From: Blasia pusilla
Lineage: Eukaryota
Assembly: GCA_050084515.1 (NCBI GenBank)
Contig: CM114271.1
Location: 33,542,001-33,606,000 of the forward strand
Length of the DNA: 64,000 bases
Reading direction: 5' to 3'
Each line of letters starts with the position of its first letter. Position 1 is the first letter of the stretch. Positions 38,875-50,700 of this stretch are shown piece by piece. The translations under genes were made by a program, and so were the position numbers. Below the pieces are notes generated by a model. That model worked only from the letters and a program-made list of their open reading frames with translations, made no database searches and had not been told where the DNA came from.

Positions 38875-40568
38875 ATATTAATAAATAAAATGGATTATAT
38901 AAAACAAAAATTAATAACACTCTACCTTTAAAATGGTTTTTATTATATTCCACGGGGATTATTATACTTAAATTCAAATTTCCGTAGACATGTTTAATTA
39001 TGGAAGGTGATTTCTTATATAGAATAAACCTTGAAATGAACATAGAATGACATGTATTTTAGGACATAGAGGTAGATATTAGATTTTGGGAGTAGACAAA
39101 TAAACTCAAATCAATAAAGAGATTTTTTTAATTAATTTACCTATATTATGAGCATGCTTCCCTCTAATACCCACTTAAAATGAATGACATAGCGATTGGA
39201 ATACATATAAAATGAACATATATTAGGTTTTGTTACAAAAATATGCCTCATATATATATCTTTAGAGAATATTTCCTTTAATTAAATTCTTATCATATTT
39301 TGTGATCTTTAAAAAAAAATCCCCTCGAGGAAAAAAAAAGATAGGGGTATATGAAATAAGGAAAAAGATACAAAAATTAGTAGTTCAAAGTTTAGGAAAA
39401 TCCATATGGTAGGATTTTAGGTGGGATGAAGCAATAAGAGAGCCCAAAACCTATTTGGCATTAATAGTGAGGGTAATATAGAGTACAAAATCCATATTAG
39501 TCAGGTCTTGCAGAGATATTTCCTTAGATTTTTCACATGTCATTAATAAAAATTACTGGATGTAGTATACTCCAAATCACTAGTACTAATTTATTATGCT
39601 CAATCATGTAGAGAATAAGAGGTAGAAGAACTATGTTATTGATAAGGCCCCTACATATATTCCCTGATATTTCCTCTCTATCTAGGATAGCCATGTGACA
39701 TCCACACGTGTTTACTAGTAACTTTCTCTCCCACCCCTCTTAAAGGGCCGCACATTGGTTGGTTTGGTCAAACGGCACACACTAGCAATTTCTATCCTCG
39801 ACATGTATTGAAGAGTGTAGATAAGTAGCACAATTCTCGATATATAGTATAAAACCCCCATTGGTAAGATCCTTTGAGGAAATTTCCTTAGATTTTTAAT
39901 ATATCAATAATAATTTTTTTGATGCAATGTACTAAAAATGAATAGTATTGGTTTCTTATGCTTATGCTATGTAGAGAGTAAGATATATAACAACAACCTT
40001 GTAGTTGGTTTGCTTGAAGGACATATATGAGATAATTCGATAAAAGAATCTCGGTGAATAACAACATTTTCAATATATAGTACAAAATCTCATTTATAGT
40101 TATTTAAAGAAATTTATTAAGATAATTAAATATTTATAATCAAAATATTTTATGTTGTATGTTAAAAACCTCGATAATATTGGTTTACAATGAACATGCT
40201 ATGCAAAGAATAAGAGGTAGAATAACTACATTACAATTGGTTTGATTGGAAGATATATGTAAGCTAATTTTATCCCCATAATACGTTGAAGAGTTAAGAA
40301 GAAATCCTCTTTTTATAATTTGGATTCATAAATAATATTTTTGTGAAAATAATATGGTATTATCTATTGTTCATCTATTTTGGTATAATGAGGCAAGAAT
40401 GAAATAAATTCTCTATTGGTGAATTGGTAAACCCTAAACACTTATCACTATCATATAAAAGTTTGGCATTCTAATCTAATGTATAGAATTTGAATCTACA
40501 AATTCTATAATAGGTGCATATTAGGATGAAAATAATACACACGTCAATATATAGAAAGGATGCACGGA

Positions 40569-41423
40569 CAAGGTTGTGTTGGTGAACTTAGTCGCATCTA
40601 GGGACACATCCTATCCATATAGGCTCCGGTTCCTCTAGCCTGCACTGGGACCCTAAGGTTGCACAAAGATGCACATGTTCGTCACCCATGCCCAACGGGT
40701 TCCGCGCCTAGGTTTTTCGGTACGCTCATGGCCTGCACGGGCTTGAGTCACACGAATGTGTACGCACTTAGATTAAGGCAAGCGAGTAGGCATCGGCCTT
40801 CATGCAGCCCCACACGGGCCTGCCCTAAGCTCGAATGGGCATGTGGGCCCTATGTTAGACCTGCGGGCCCATGCGGGCTTAGGTTGGTGTGGTGTGGGCT
40901 ACAAAACAAGTTGCAAGAATGAGCAAGTGACGGTGATGGGTTCCTAGATTGGGTGCCTTGTGGCCGAGCTCGGATCTATGTTGTAGTAGGGTGGGCTCGA
41001 GTACAGGCACCCAAGCTCGCACAGAATTGTTTGTCCTAGGGATAGACATAAGTCTGCAGACATGAAATTTTTCGTGTGCAACCTTGCCACACCCAAAATG
41101 TAGATCCAAGCTTTACCAATCACATCTAGTCTACAGACCCATCGCATGTTTTTTCCACCCGCACCGAGTCCAAGGAGGTCCACATCGAGGTTTCCTCGTC
41201 CACACTAGCTTGCAGCAGGTCCGTAGAGCAATATAGGGCTCACATTGGCATGATGTGGGCTCGGTGAGGGCTCATAGTCCGCATATCTATTTGATCCCTG
41301 CTCGCACAGGTTTATTTGTTTGAAGCGCGAGCCTGACGCCCGTGTACCAAAAAACCTTGATCAAGGGACCCTGTTGGGCATGTCCGTCCCATGAACGAAC
41401 AAGTCAGTTTCCATACAATCTTG
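40569..41423. mobile_element. Composite GC-rich non-autonomous hAT-like element: outer copy 40569-41423 with an inner inverted relative at 40654-41086
   Basis: Outer ends CAAGGTTGTG / TACAATCTTG; inner ends TAAGGTTGCA / TGCAACCTTG; subterminal sequences match the MITE family (GTGAACTTAG...TATCCATATAGG; GACATAAGTCTGCAGACATG); TSDs not clearly retained. Confidence 0.6.
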
Positions 41424-42119
41424 ATATATAGGACGAGGAAAATAAAATTTATATCCATAAGTTAATATCATACAAAAAATAATTGGAAACTTAATAAAAA
41501 TACTTTTCCTAGTAAAAATAATCACTAGTTTAATAATATTGAAATTAAATGAAAAAGGGAAAAATTCCCCTTATTATTATTATTGTCATAGGCAAGTCAG
41601 GAGAATTCTATATAAATTTTTCATTTCCATAAACTCTTTATACAAAGTATTCTCCACAAAAAATTCAGTTGGATTTATATGAGAAAATTATCACCTTTTT
41701 TTCTTGTAATAGGAAACATGTTATTTAAATTGAAGTTAAATCTATTGAAATTATAAGTTTTGATTCATGAGATAGTACTTGATAGGTTTTTTTATTCTAT
41801 TTTTAAAATTTCCAATTGGTAGATATTATGTTACTTTTCTATAAATGAGGTTATTACAATAATTAATCTCAATAAAAGATACTCAATTAAATTACTTTAA
41901 CATATTTTGGCTTCTCTTCACTTTAAGTATTTAGTGGAGAAAAAGTTTTAGTAGATATTAGTTAAAGATGATAAAAGGAATTTAGCTTTTTTTTATATTT
42001 ACTTTATAACCAAAATTTGGACTTATGACAACGTTTAGGTTCTTTGATATTTTCTTTATATACTAGATGAGTTGTTTTTTTGATAAGGTGAAAATAACTA
42101 AATGTAACACATAGAAGTT

Positions 42120-42600
42120 GAATGCATAACTTGTTCATATACCGTTCATGCTAATTCTACCCCTCTTCAACTAAGTGATTGCATAAGAGCTTGATTGATT
42201 TTAAGAGGCATAATCTAAGAAATTTGCATTAAACGAGTTTTCTTATATTCTCTCAGAGGCAACCTCTGATACTCATCGAGCTCATATATGTTGGTAACTT
42301 GATGTGGAGGTATACGAGTCGGGATTTGGCTTATTTCAAATCTCATTATATTTTCCTTCAATTGTCCACCGACTATATTCTTTACAACTTTGTAGCTACC
42401 CCTTGGACTTCGCGATCCGTATCTTCAAGGTGTGGCTAATTGTGCATGGGGGAGCTCATTGATGCGAAAGCAATCCATATTCTCGGATGTGCACATGGTA
42501 GAAATTGAATAACAACCCATGATGTGATCCACGAGGCAATACCATTATGTGTGTGATGATATTTTTGTATTATTGGACCAATGGATATATTCAATTCCAT
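42120..42600 (+). mobile_element. Remnant of an RLE-bearing (CRE-like) non-LTR retrotransposon, C-terminal zinc-finger region
   Basis: Reading across frameshifts and stops: FSYILSEATSDTHRAHI..CGGIRVGIWL...FTTL*LPLGLRDPYLQGVANCA(C)GELIDAKAIHILGCAHGRN*ITTHDVI, the CxC..H..C..HD pattern that precedes restriction-like endonuclease domains; one restored T near 42449 gives CACGE. Confidence 0.65.
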
Positions 42601-45600
42601 CCTTATTGTTGAAACATGAATAATGTCATGCCGAGTAAGTATTAGCATGTGTCCACAACATTTTGCATTTTCACTCATTTTGCATGCACATCGCAAGAAA
42701 TTTGAAATGTAGATTTTCTCATTGATTTCCATCATAAATTTATTTAGAGAAGGATTCTCACAAGACAAATGGCACGAAGAAATTCTATGTAGGTTTTAAA
42801 AAAGAAGAAATCAGGAGGGGACTATTCTCCGTTTTCTTTTCTCCTTTTATTATAACGGAGATCATGGATTCATATTCCCTCTTTTCCAACGCATGAATCA
42901 AGTCTATCGAATAATATTTATTCGAAGAAATTGAATATACGGCCCGAACGTACATCCCGCTTTATCCGAGATTCGGGTTTCCCAAGTACTAGAGTTGGCT
43001 TTTTCCATGATTTTTCTCCATGATAGATATAAAATATTACTCGGGAATTTATTTAATAATATTTTTCGGTCCAGCATTATTTGAATAAAAAATGGCGGAT
43101 ATTAAAACTCGTCCTTAACTTTGAACATGATAAAAATCTACACTATGCACATCGCCACCTCACTCCCCAATCCGGCCACCTTACAACATCGTTGGCAAGT
43201 GATGGTCTTGAAAGTTAATTCAAGGCATCCCTCGTCCCTCTCGGCGAAGAAATCTCCGGTTCACGTTAGCACGGGAACTGTAGAGCAAGCAGGAATTACG
43301 GGGCGACTCGATAATTATAGGCCGCTTCATAAGCGCGTTGTTGTCGCCTACAATCCATAGGAGTCTCGTCCCAACCCGCCGACTAGCAGCTGCTGCGAAC
43401 AGAAGTAGGGGGATTTATCGGTAAACCCAACGGCGCTGTAGACGTACTTTGAGATAAAACAGCGGCGGTACGGTGCGGGCTTTGCATATGGATAGATCAT
43501 GAATCTAGTCTCTGTTGAAACTACAGAAGATTAGCGGTGAGCAAACTCGGCATCGAGGGCAATGCTCGGCAAGAACCGGCATTCTTCGTTAAAGCGGCCG
43601 GTTGAGAACGGGCGATTTCCGGCTCGAATCTGAAAGTTTGGGAAAATTCCCGACGAGAAAAGTGAAATTTCTTCGTGAAATTATAAAAAACCGGCTGGAA
43701 TGGAGAAATTGCCGACTACGTTGAGAGTTCTCTCGGAAAGCTACCGCCGGTATGCATAAAAATCCTTGCCGAGCACTGATCGAGGGAGGGAGGTAAAAGG
43801 AGAAACGATGCGATATTGACATTTATTTTGCTGTGTGTAGTGAGAGGGGAATCTCTCCGTTGTACATACAGTACGTGAGTGGAAAGGAAAATCATGGAGA
43901 CGAAGCAGCATAGTAGAAACTGCATGTGCTGTACCTTCGCGCAGAGCCCACACGACACGATCTCCGGCGGGTGAACATGAGTACACTACACGATTGGGCC
44001 GGACGGACGGAGCGAAGGGGTGCCGAGTGCACCGGACCGGATTTGCCCGGTTCGGATGGCAAAGGTGGCCGGTTCTGCCGCCAAAGTGAAGTGCGCTCTA
44101 AACTAGCGGACGAGATCCGTGGGGGGCCCACGGGTGCATTGACCAGACGAGCGATAAACAGACGGCGGTGGGTAACGGCCCCACCACGAGAGCAAAGGGA
44201 CGGGTACTGTGCTCGCTACGGACGGAGACTCAGTTAGTGCTCTGCTGTGGCCTACGTAAAGCTTACGGGCATCACGGGCCGGGCTCAGCGCCAACGCGGG
44301 CACCCTTTTCGTTCTCGCCCATCCAGTCCAGTCCGGAGTGTGATTGGGCCCCGCCCACAACTCCCTTTCATTGAATGCGCGCCGCACTGACCGTCTTACC
44401 CCATGTTCCCCGCAAGTTTAAGGCAGTCTCCGAAGCGGCCTGCGCTCCGTCTCCCGCCGCTAGCGACAACCGTTTGTTCACTCGTGATTTCCCACTCCTA
44501 CTTCAATCTGAGGCCGGCTACCTTTGACCCTCCCCAGGCCTGCAAAGCCCAGCTCCTCGGACAGAGTTTGTTGACTGGCTCCCTACCCTAGATGCGCCCT
44601 AGATGCTCTGTGCTGTGCCCTGGGTGCTTGGTTAACCGGGCCGACAGGTAGGGTTTAGTTGGTCCGAACTAGGGGTGGCGAGCGAGGGCGGATCGAATTT
44701 GGAGGTCCGGCTGATTAGGAGATCCCCCAACTCCCCCGCCACTCGCGGAGGGCTCGCGAATCCCTATGAGGAGAAGCCTGCCCGCCGTCAGCCTAGATGT
44801 AGACCGCCTCGCCGGATCCCGTCACAGATCCGCTAACTGCATTTGTCGACTTGTAGCGCGCTGGGGTCACAGGGTGTGCTTTTTGAAGGAGCGAAACGCG
44901 GGTCGGAGCCATGCGCCCCTTAGCGCCCGCCCGGCCCCCACCTTCTCATATCTTTGTCCCTTTGGCACCCATTCGAACCTCCGCCGAGTTCCCCGGGCCG
45001 CTATATTAGCCGGCTCGCCAGACGTTCCCTGCCTCCGAATAAATTACCTATCCTTATCCCTTTGTTTACGAAATTACTACTTACGTCCGGTCCTCGAGGT
45101 CCACATCATGTGGGAGATATCTTTCCGTAGTAGTTGACGTTGCCGGAATCTTCCACCTGGTGGCGCTGGAGTGACCGACCGCCGGCGGTTGGGGAGCCTT
45201 TTTTTAATCATTTCCCATTTTCCGGAATTATTTATTTTAATCCTGAAAAAAAAGAAAGAAAGACAAGACAAGGGAGGTTCTCGGAACACCCACTCCGGGA
45301 GCGGGGTGGACGATTGCCGCCAGATTTGGAGCTGGCTACTGCGGCGAAATCCACGAGTATGGCAATCCGAGTCCTAGTACCTGTAGATGTATATGCAGTT
45401 GTCGTAGGCTGCGTCCAATTGTCGGGCCTGGTCCTGCATAAAGTCGACCGTCCCATCCGTTCGCATCCGCTTGCACCAAAAAGAAAGAAAGAAAAGAAGT
45501 GAAGAAACTGTTCATTATGAAGCCTCGACCCTTGGACGGAGTAACGGGAACCGTCGGTCCGGAACCTACAGTCCGTGCGCCGAGCTTTTAGATACACGAG

Positions 45601-45634
45601 AGAATTGTCGGTCTCTACCTAAGCCCGGAGACAT

Positions 45635-46395
45635 AGAGAGAGAGAGAGACACAGGGGGGAGAAGAGGAGAGAGAGAGAGAGAGAGGAGAGGAGAGAGAGA
45701 CTTATACAGTATCTGTGACATGTACGCATAGAAAGAAAGAGTTGTCGGGTCCGGACTCCGGAGTTGCTGCTTTTTTTTTTTTTTTTTTCCCCTTTCTCCA
45801 TGAACTTAGAAACGATTTGGATGGGCTCATCCAGTGCACAGTGGGGCTGGTCTATGGTTGGTGCTCACTACTAAGTCGACAAGCATCACTAGTGGGCATA
45901 GCCAGAAGAGGCAGGCAGGCAGGCAGGCTCTGCGGAGTCGTGTCGGGTGGGTTGAAGAAAGAAGAAATCTCTCTCGGGGTTCGTAGAGCCGCTGTTCAGT
46001 CGTGCCCATAACCTGGAGGAACTCGCGAAGGGCGTGGGAACATAGTCGCTGGGACGAAGGGTGGATTGGGTTGTGTGCTGGGCTGAACGTTTACTTCCTT
46101 GGATCTCCCAGCCAGCATCGGTTGCATGCTCCAGCAAGGCCTTGAAGAGAGCGGTGATCAAGAAAGGCCTTAAGACTAAAGGGCGGGGAGGAAAATAGAA
46201 AAGGAGAGAGAGAGTGAGGAGAGAGATAGAGAGAGTGAGAGGGAGCGTGTGTTTGTATGTGAGTGCGTGCGTGCGTGAGTCTCATCGCAAGAGAGGATAG
46301 GAGTGCGTGAGTGGGAGGGGTTTGGAGACGAGCGTCGCGGAGGGTGGCTGCTGTTGGGCTGAGGGGAGAGAGTGAGAGGGTGAAGAGGTGGAGTG
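45635..46395 (+). promoter_or_regulatory. GA-repeat (GAGA) tracts upstream of the ANT-like gene
   Basis: (GA)n runs at about 45635-45699 and 46200-46395; GAGA tracts are established BBR/BPC binding sites in plants; function here is inferred. Confidence 0.45.
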
Positions 46396-47468
46396 GAGTA
46401 CAGTAGGAGAGCCGGCCTGAAATTGTGAGTATCTGTGGGCAGACAGGCAAACGGGTTGAGATCAGTCCGCGCGAGCAGCGACCTCAATTGGAGTTGCAGT
46501 GAGAAGAAAGGCAGGAAGTGGAATGATCTAGAACAGCAGGTTAAGAAGGGCAGGCTTGACAGGGCAAGGGAGTGGAAGAGTCAGGAAGGAAAGGGGGTTT
46601 CGAGTACAGGAAACGCAGCAAGCTTTTGCTGTGCTGTCTGTGAGTCTCAGACAGGGATACTCTCGGCTCTCGAAGTTGAAGCTCTAGCTTTTCGCGTGTG
46701 TGCTCGTGGCAGTCGCTCCAAGTTACCATGGCTTTATTTGGTTGCCTGGGATTAGGACATGAAGATAGAAGCATGACGCTTTCGACGCGGGCCACCGGTG
46801 TGATGTTTAGTCCTGAACCCGCCCATGGCTCTAGTTGAAAGATAGAGCATACCCGAATTGGGTTTAAGTCAGTTTTACATTCGGACGATCCTTGCACAGT
46901 GCTTGAGCGAAGACTTTGGGTTGCAGAAGGATTGAAAGAGGGTTGTCGGAAGCTCCCCCTGGAGCATTGCTTTCTTTGCGAGAAAATATTCGCATTCTCC
47001 TCGTCAATCATCTTCATATTTTCCCGAACTCGTCAGAAATTGGGAGTTTTTTTCTTCCTTATATCACAAGTGGTTCACTTCCATAACCGAGATTAGTTGT
47101 GTGCGACTCTGCTCCTTGGTCTTAGTGTGGAGAGGCACTTGTACATTCGCATCTGACCACCTACCTTCTCCGCCTTTCCCCCACTTTGCCTACCGTCTTT
47201 GCCCTCTTACTTGCACCTTCTTTCTCTACATCTACCTGATCCTTCTACGTCGAGCACGAGCAGCTGTCCGTGTCTGCAAATGTGGGCAACGGATATCTTG
47301 ACCTACGAAAATCTGTCAGAAGAAGAAGACGAGTGGTCACTAATCCTTCGTAACTGGGGAAGAGCGTGTGCGCTTGCATAGCTCTCGATCTTTCCTTCTC
47401 ACCCATCTCCATTCCGCTGTTTCTCGTAAGCAGTCAAGCTGGGGAATTTCGTGGCTGAGGATAGGTCG

Positions 47469-47724
47469 ATGAGGTCGGTCAACAACTGGTTGGCCTTCTC
47501 TCTGTCCCCCCATCTGACCATTGATGTGCCGGACCATGCACCTTCTGCACAATCAAATGGTCCCAAGATGGCTCAACATTCTTCATCAGAGAATGGGTTG
47601 TCCTACAACGGGGCTCCATCGGGCGAGTGCTACAACCTTGGACAGCCAGACGGCGACGGACTGTCCATGCGCCCCGATGGCTCGCTTTGTATAATGGAGG
47701 CGTTGAGTCGCTCTCATAGTGGAG
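47469..47724 (+). CDS. ANT: ANT-like coding exon 1
   Basis: ATG at 47469; [14 protein letters not shown]...[16 protein letters not shown]; donor G|GTAAGC at 47725, phase 1. Confidence 0.92.
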
Positions 47725-50700
47725 GTAAGCTCATGGCCTCGTACATCCATTTCCATTCTATTTACAACGTTTTCATTATTTTCCACGAAGGACAGTCTAC
47801 TAATTCGAACGCAGCTCTCCACTCCGCTAACGCTGACGCTTGAAGAGCCGTCCCACCCATGTTTCCGTTTCTCCGAGGTCGATATTGTCTCAGCCCTCGT
47901 GGTGAAGGAGTCTCGTCCATTTCCCAACGACACCTCTTCCATGGCTCGTACCCTGAAAGCTGCTATATCTGATTCGTGCCTGAGCTCCGGAATGCCATGT
48001 CCGTGCATAATTGGCTCTCTTCTGGATCGTTGTCTCTCAAATATTCTGTGACCTGGGAAAAGACTTGGTCATCCTTATCGGTATGTCAGTGTTACGCATA
48101 TCGGTATGTCGAGTACGCATTCTTTCTCATGCGTACTCGAGGCATATCCTCATGCATGTTAGCGCAACAAACGGGGCGGTCACTGTCGGTCCGTGCTTCA
48201 CTGTACTCCGATACTCCTGATACTGCGCATGTCTTACCTCACGCGACCACGCATGCCACCATGGGTGATGCCGGTGTCAATTGCTGTGTGCAATCTGTAG
48301 TCTGAGGGTCTATTGCTTAGAACGTGTCCAGCCGCTGTGATGTGGTACAAGTGTTACTTTGAGTGTCCCTAATGAGAGTCACGATTGTGTGCAGGAGAGC
48401 AACCCTTCACGAACGTATATGGGGGTAAGAAGAGTTGGTTATGAAGGCCACGGTTTGGAAGGCCTCTCTTATTATGATAATGATGATGTCGAGTCAATAC
48501 GAAGGTAGCGTCTCCTCATTGTTCGTTTCGTTGCTGACATGGACTTGTCATTGTTTTCCGGATGTGTGTTTCAGATTGGGCCCAGCTCAAGACTGGTCAT
48601 GTGCACCCCTCCCAGCATTTGCTTAACGCCGAGCTCTCGAGGTTGGCGGGTAGCAGAGCACCCAGCGAACAGATCACTCAAAACCAATATGATTCTCTGG
48701 GTTCCCAATCCAATAAGTCGGACCATGACTCTGGCCCGAAACTGGAAGACTTTTTGGGAGGGGCTTCGTCGCTGGGAGGTCAATACACCAACCGATCAGA
48801 TTCTCAGACCCACAATTTCGATAACCTGTACTTCAGGGATATCAATATGAATGTGAGTCCTTACTCCGGTGGTGCCCAGCAACAGGCCAATCATGTGCCT
48901 CCCAGTTTCCATGCGTACGGCTTGCAGCGGACTGATAACTCTTCCTCTCAGCAGCCCTACGACTCTCACTCAAGGAACAATACCGCAGCAGACTCTAATC
49001 TCTGCCATTCAAACGTGCATGCACAGAATCTGCTGCAGGTAGCTTTAGATCAACACCATCACCCGGGTTCTGCCCAGGGAGATATGTTGCAAGATTGTAG
49101 TCTTCAGTTACCGCAGGGCCCTAACCTGTCTGCTCTGAAGACCTGGCTAAGGCAGAGCCAAGCCAGTACGGCGAGCGTCAATGCACTGGGAGACAAGCAA
49201 CCGGGCGTTGGCAAAACCAGCATTCCAACAATGGCTGCGCTTCATCAAACTTTGTCTCTCTCTATGAGCCCGGGTTCCCAGTCCAGTAACACCTTAGTGG
49301 GGCCTCAGGCCGCTGTGGTTGGCACTGAGACCTCTCCGGAAACTAGGAAGAGGGGAGCTGGACGAGCTGGTAGCAAGGAAGCTTCGCCACGGAAGTCCAT
49401 CGATACATTCGGCCAAAGGACGTCTGTGTACCGTGGAGTTACCAGGTGAGCTAGCTTCCAAATTCTGTCGGTTGACTATCTCTGTGCTCCAGTTTTGCGT
49501 CACACTGCCTCACGACTTCGACCTTGCTGGAGGAAGTACAATTCTCGGCAATCTTCCTGCTAGATCTGAAGCGGGAAGTATCTGGCTTGATGTTCGTAGG
49601 GCACTGAATGTACTCACGAGCCCGATAGTATCGTGATATCCATACTCTTAATCGTGTGTATACGCAAGGTCCTCCTTTCTGTCCGTCCCGGTGCTCCAAA
49701 TATACTGTGTGGATGCCTAATGAAACGTCCAATGGTCAAATGCATCATAGCCCGGAATTATGAGAGTTAGGGCTGCCCAACCTTCTATTCACAATGCGGA
49801 GCTCCATGCGTATATCGAGTGTTGAGTTTGTTTGTGCTGTCTGACTGTAGACACCGTTGGACTGGTCGGTACGAGGCCCACCTGTGGGACAATAGTTGTC
49901 GCAAGGAAGGACAGACTCGAAAGGGTCGACAGGGTTAGTTTTTCTTTATCTCCCTCAGTGATTGTCGTCGTTTGGCTACCAGAGGCAGTACCTGATGGTT
50001 GCAGTATGTTCGTGTCCTGCGATTTGCTAGTTGATTCCCAGTTTGTAAAACTAGTCTCTTTGCTAATGATCTTTTGGTTGTTTTGCATGGGCCGCCTTGG
50101 ACTTCTGCACCACAGTTTACTTAGGTACTTGCTCTCAACTAATCTCTTTATCCCGCGTGAGAGAAATCCTGGCTATGAGAAATTTTGCCGACCAATGCGA
50201 AGTGTGGTCGTAAAGTACGAAGTTTGTGTTGAGATTGTTCGAGTCCGCGTTCAGCTGTGCGTAATCTGCTGTGACTTATCTTGGGATGGCGTTTGCAGGA
50301 GGATATGACAAGGAAGAGAAGGCTGCGCGGGCCTATGATCTTGCCGCGCTAAAATACTGGGGCGCCAATACCACCATCAACTTTCCGGTACTTCTCAATC
50401 TGACGCGTTTGTAGTGTATCCCGATTCCGTAATGTCGGTCTTTGGTCAGGCGCTATCACTTGTTGTGCACGTCCCGATACCCGGAAGTCCGGAGTCTGCG
50501 ATGGAATCTGGGTGTGCGTGTTTCAGTGTTGAGTTCCAGCCGCGGCAGACGCATAGAGGAGTCTTAACCCTATTTCTAATCTTCGTCCGCTGGCTGCGTG
50601 GGTCATATTCCTAGTCTTTAAAGCAGCACGTCTTGTTTGTGTATGCCGGGATGAAGATGCTGAGATGTCGCCGAGATGTCTAACGGTAGCCACGCCGTTC

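Noticed and set aside
45749..45762. GTCCGGACTCCGGA repeated in inverted orientation at 58923-58936
   Set aside because: One 14-bp match among about 20 kb of GC-rich sequence is expected by chance
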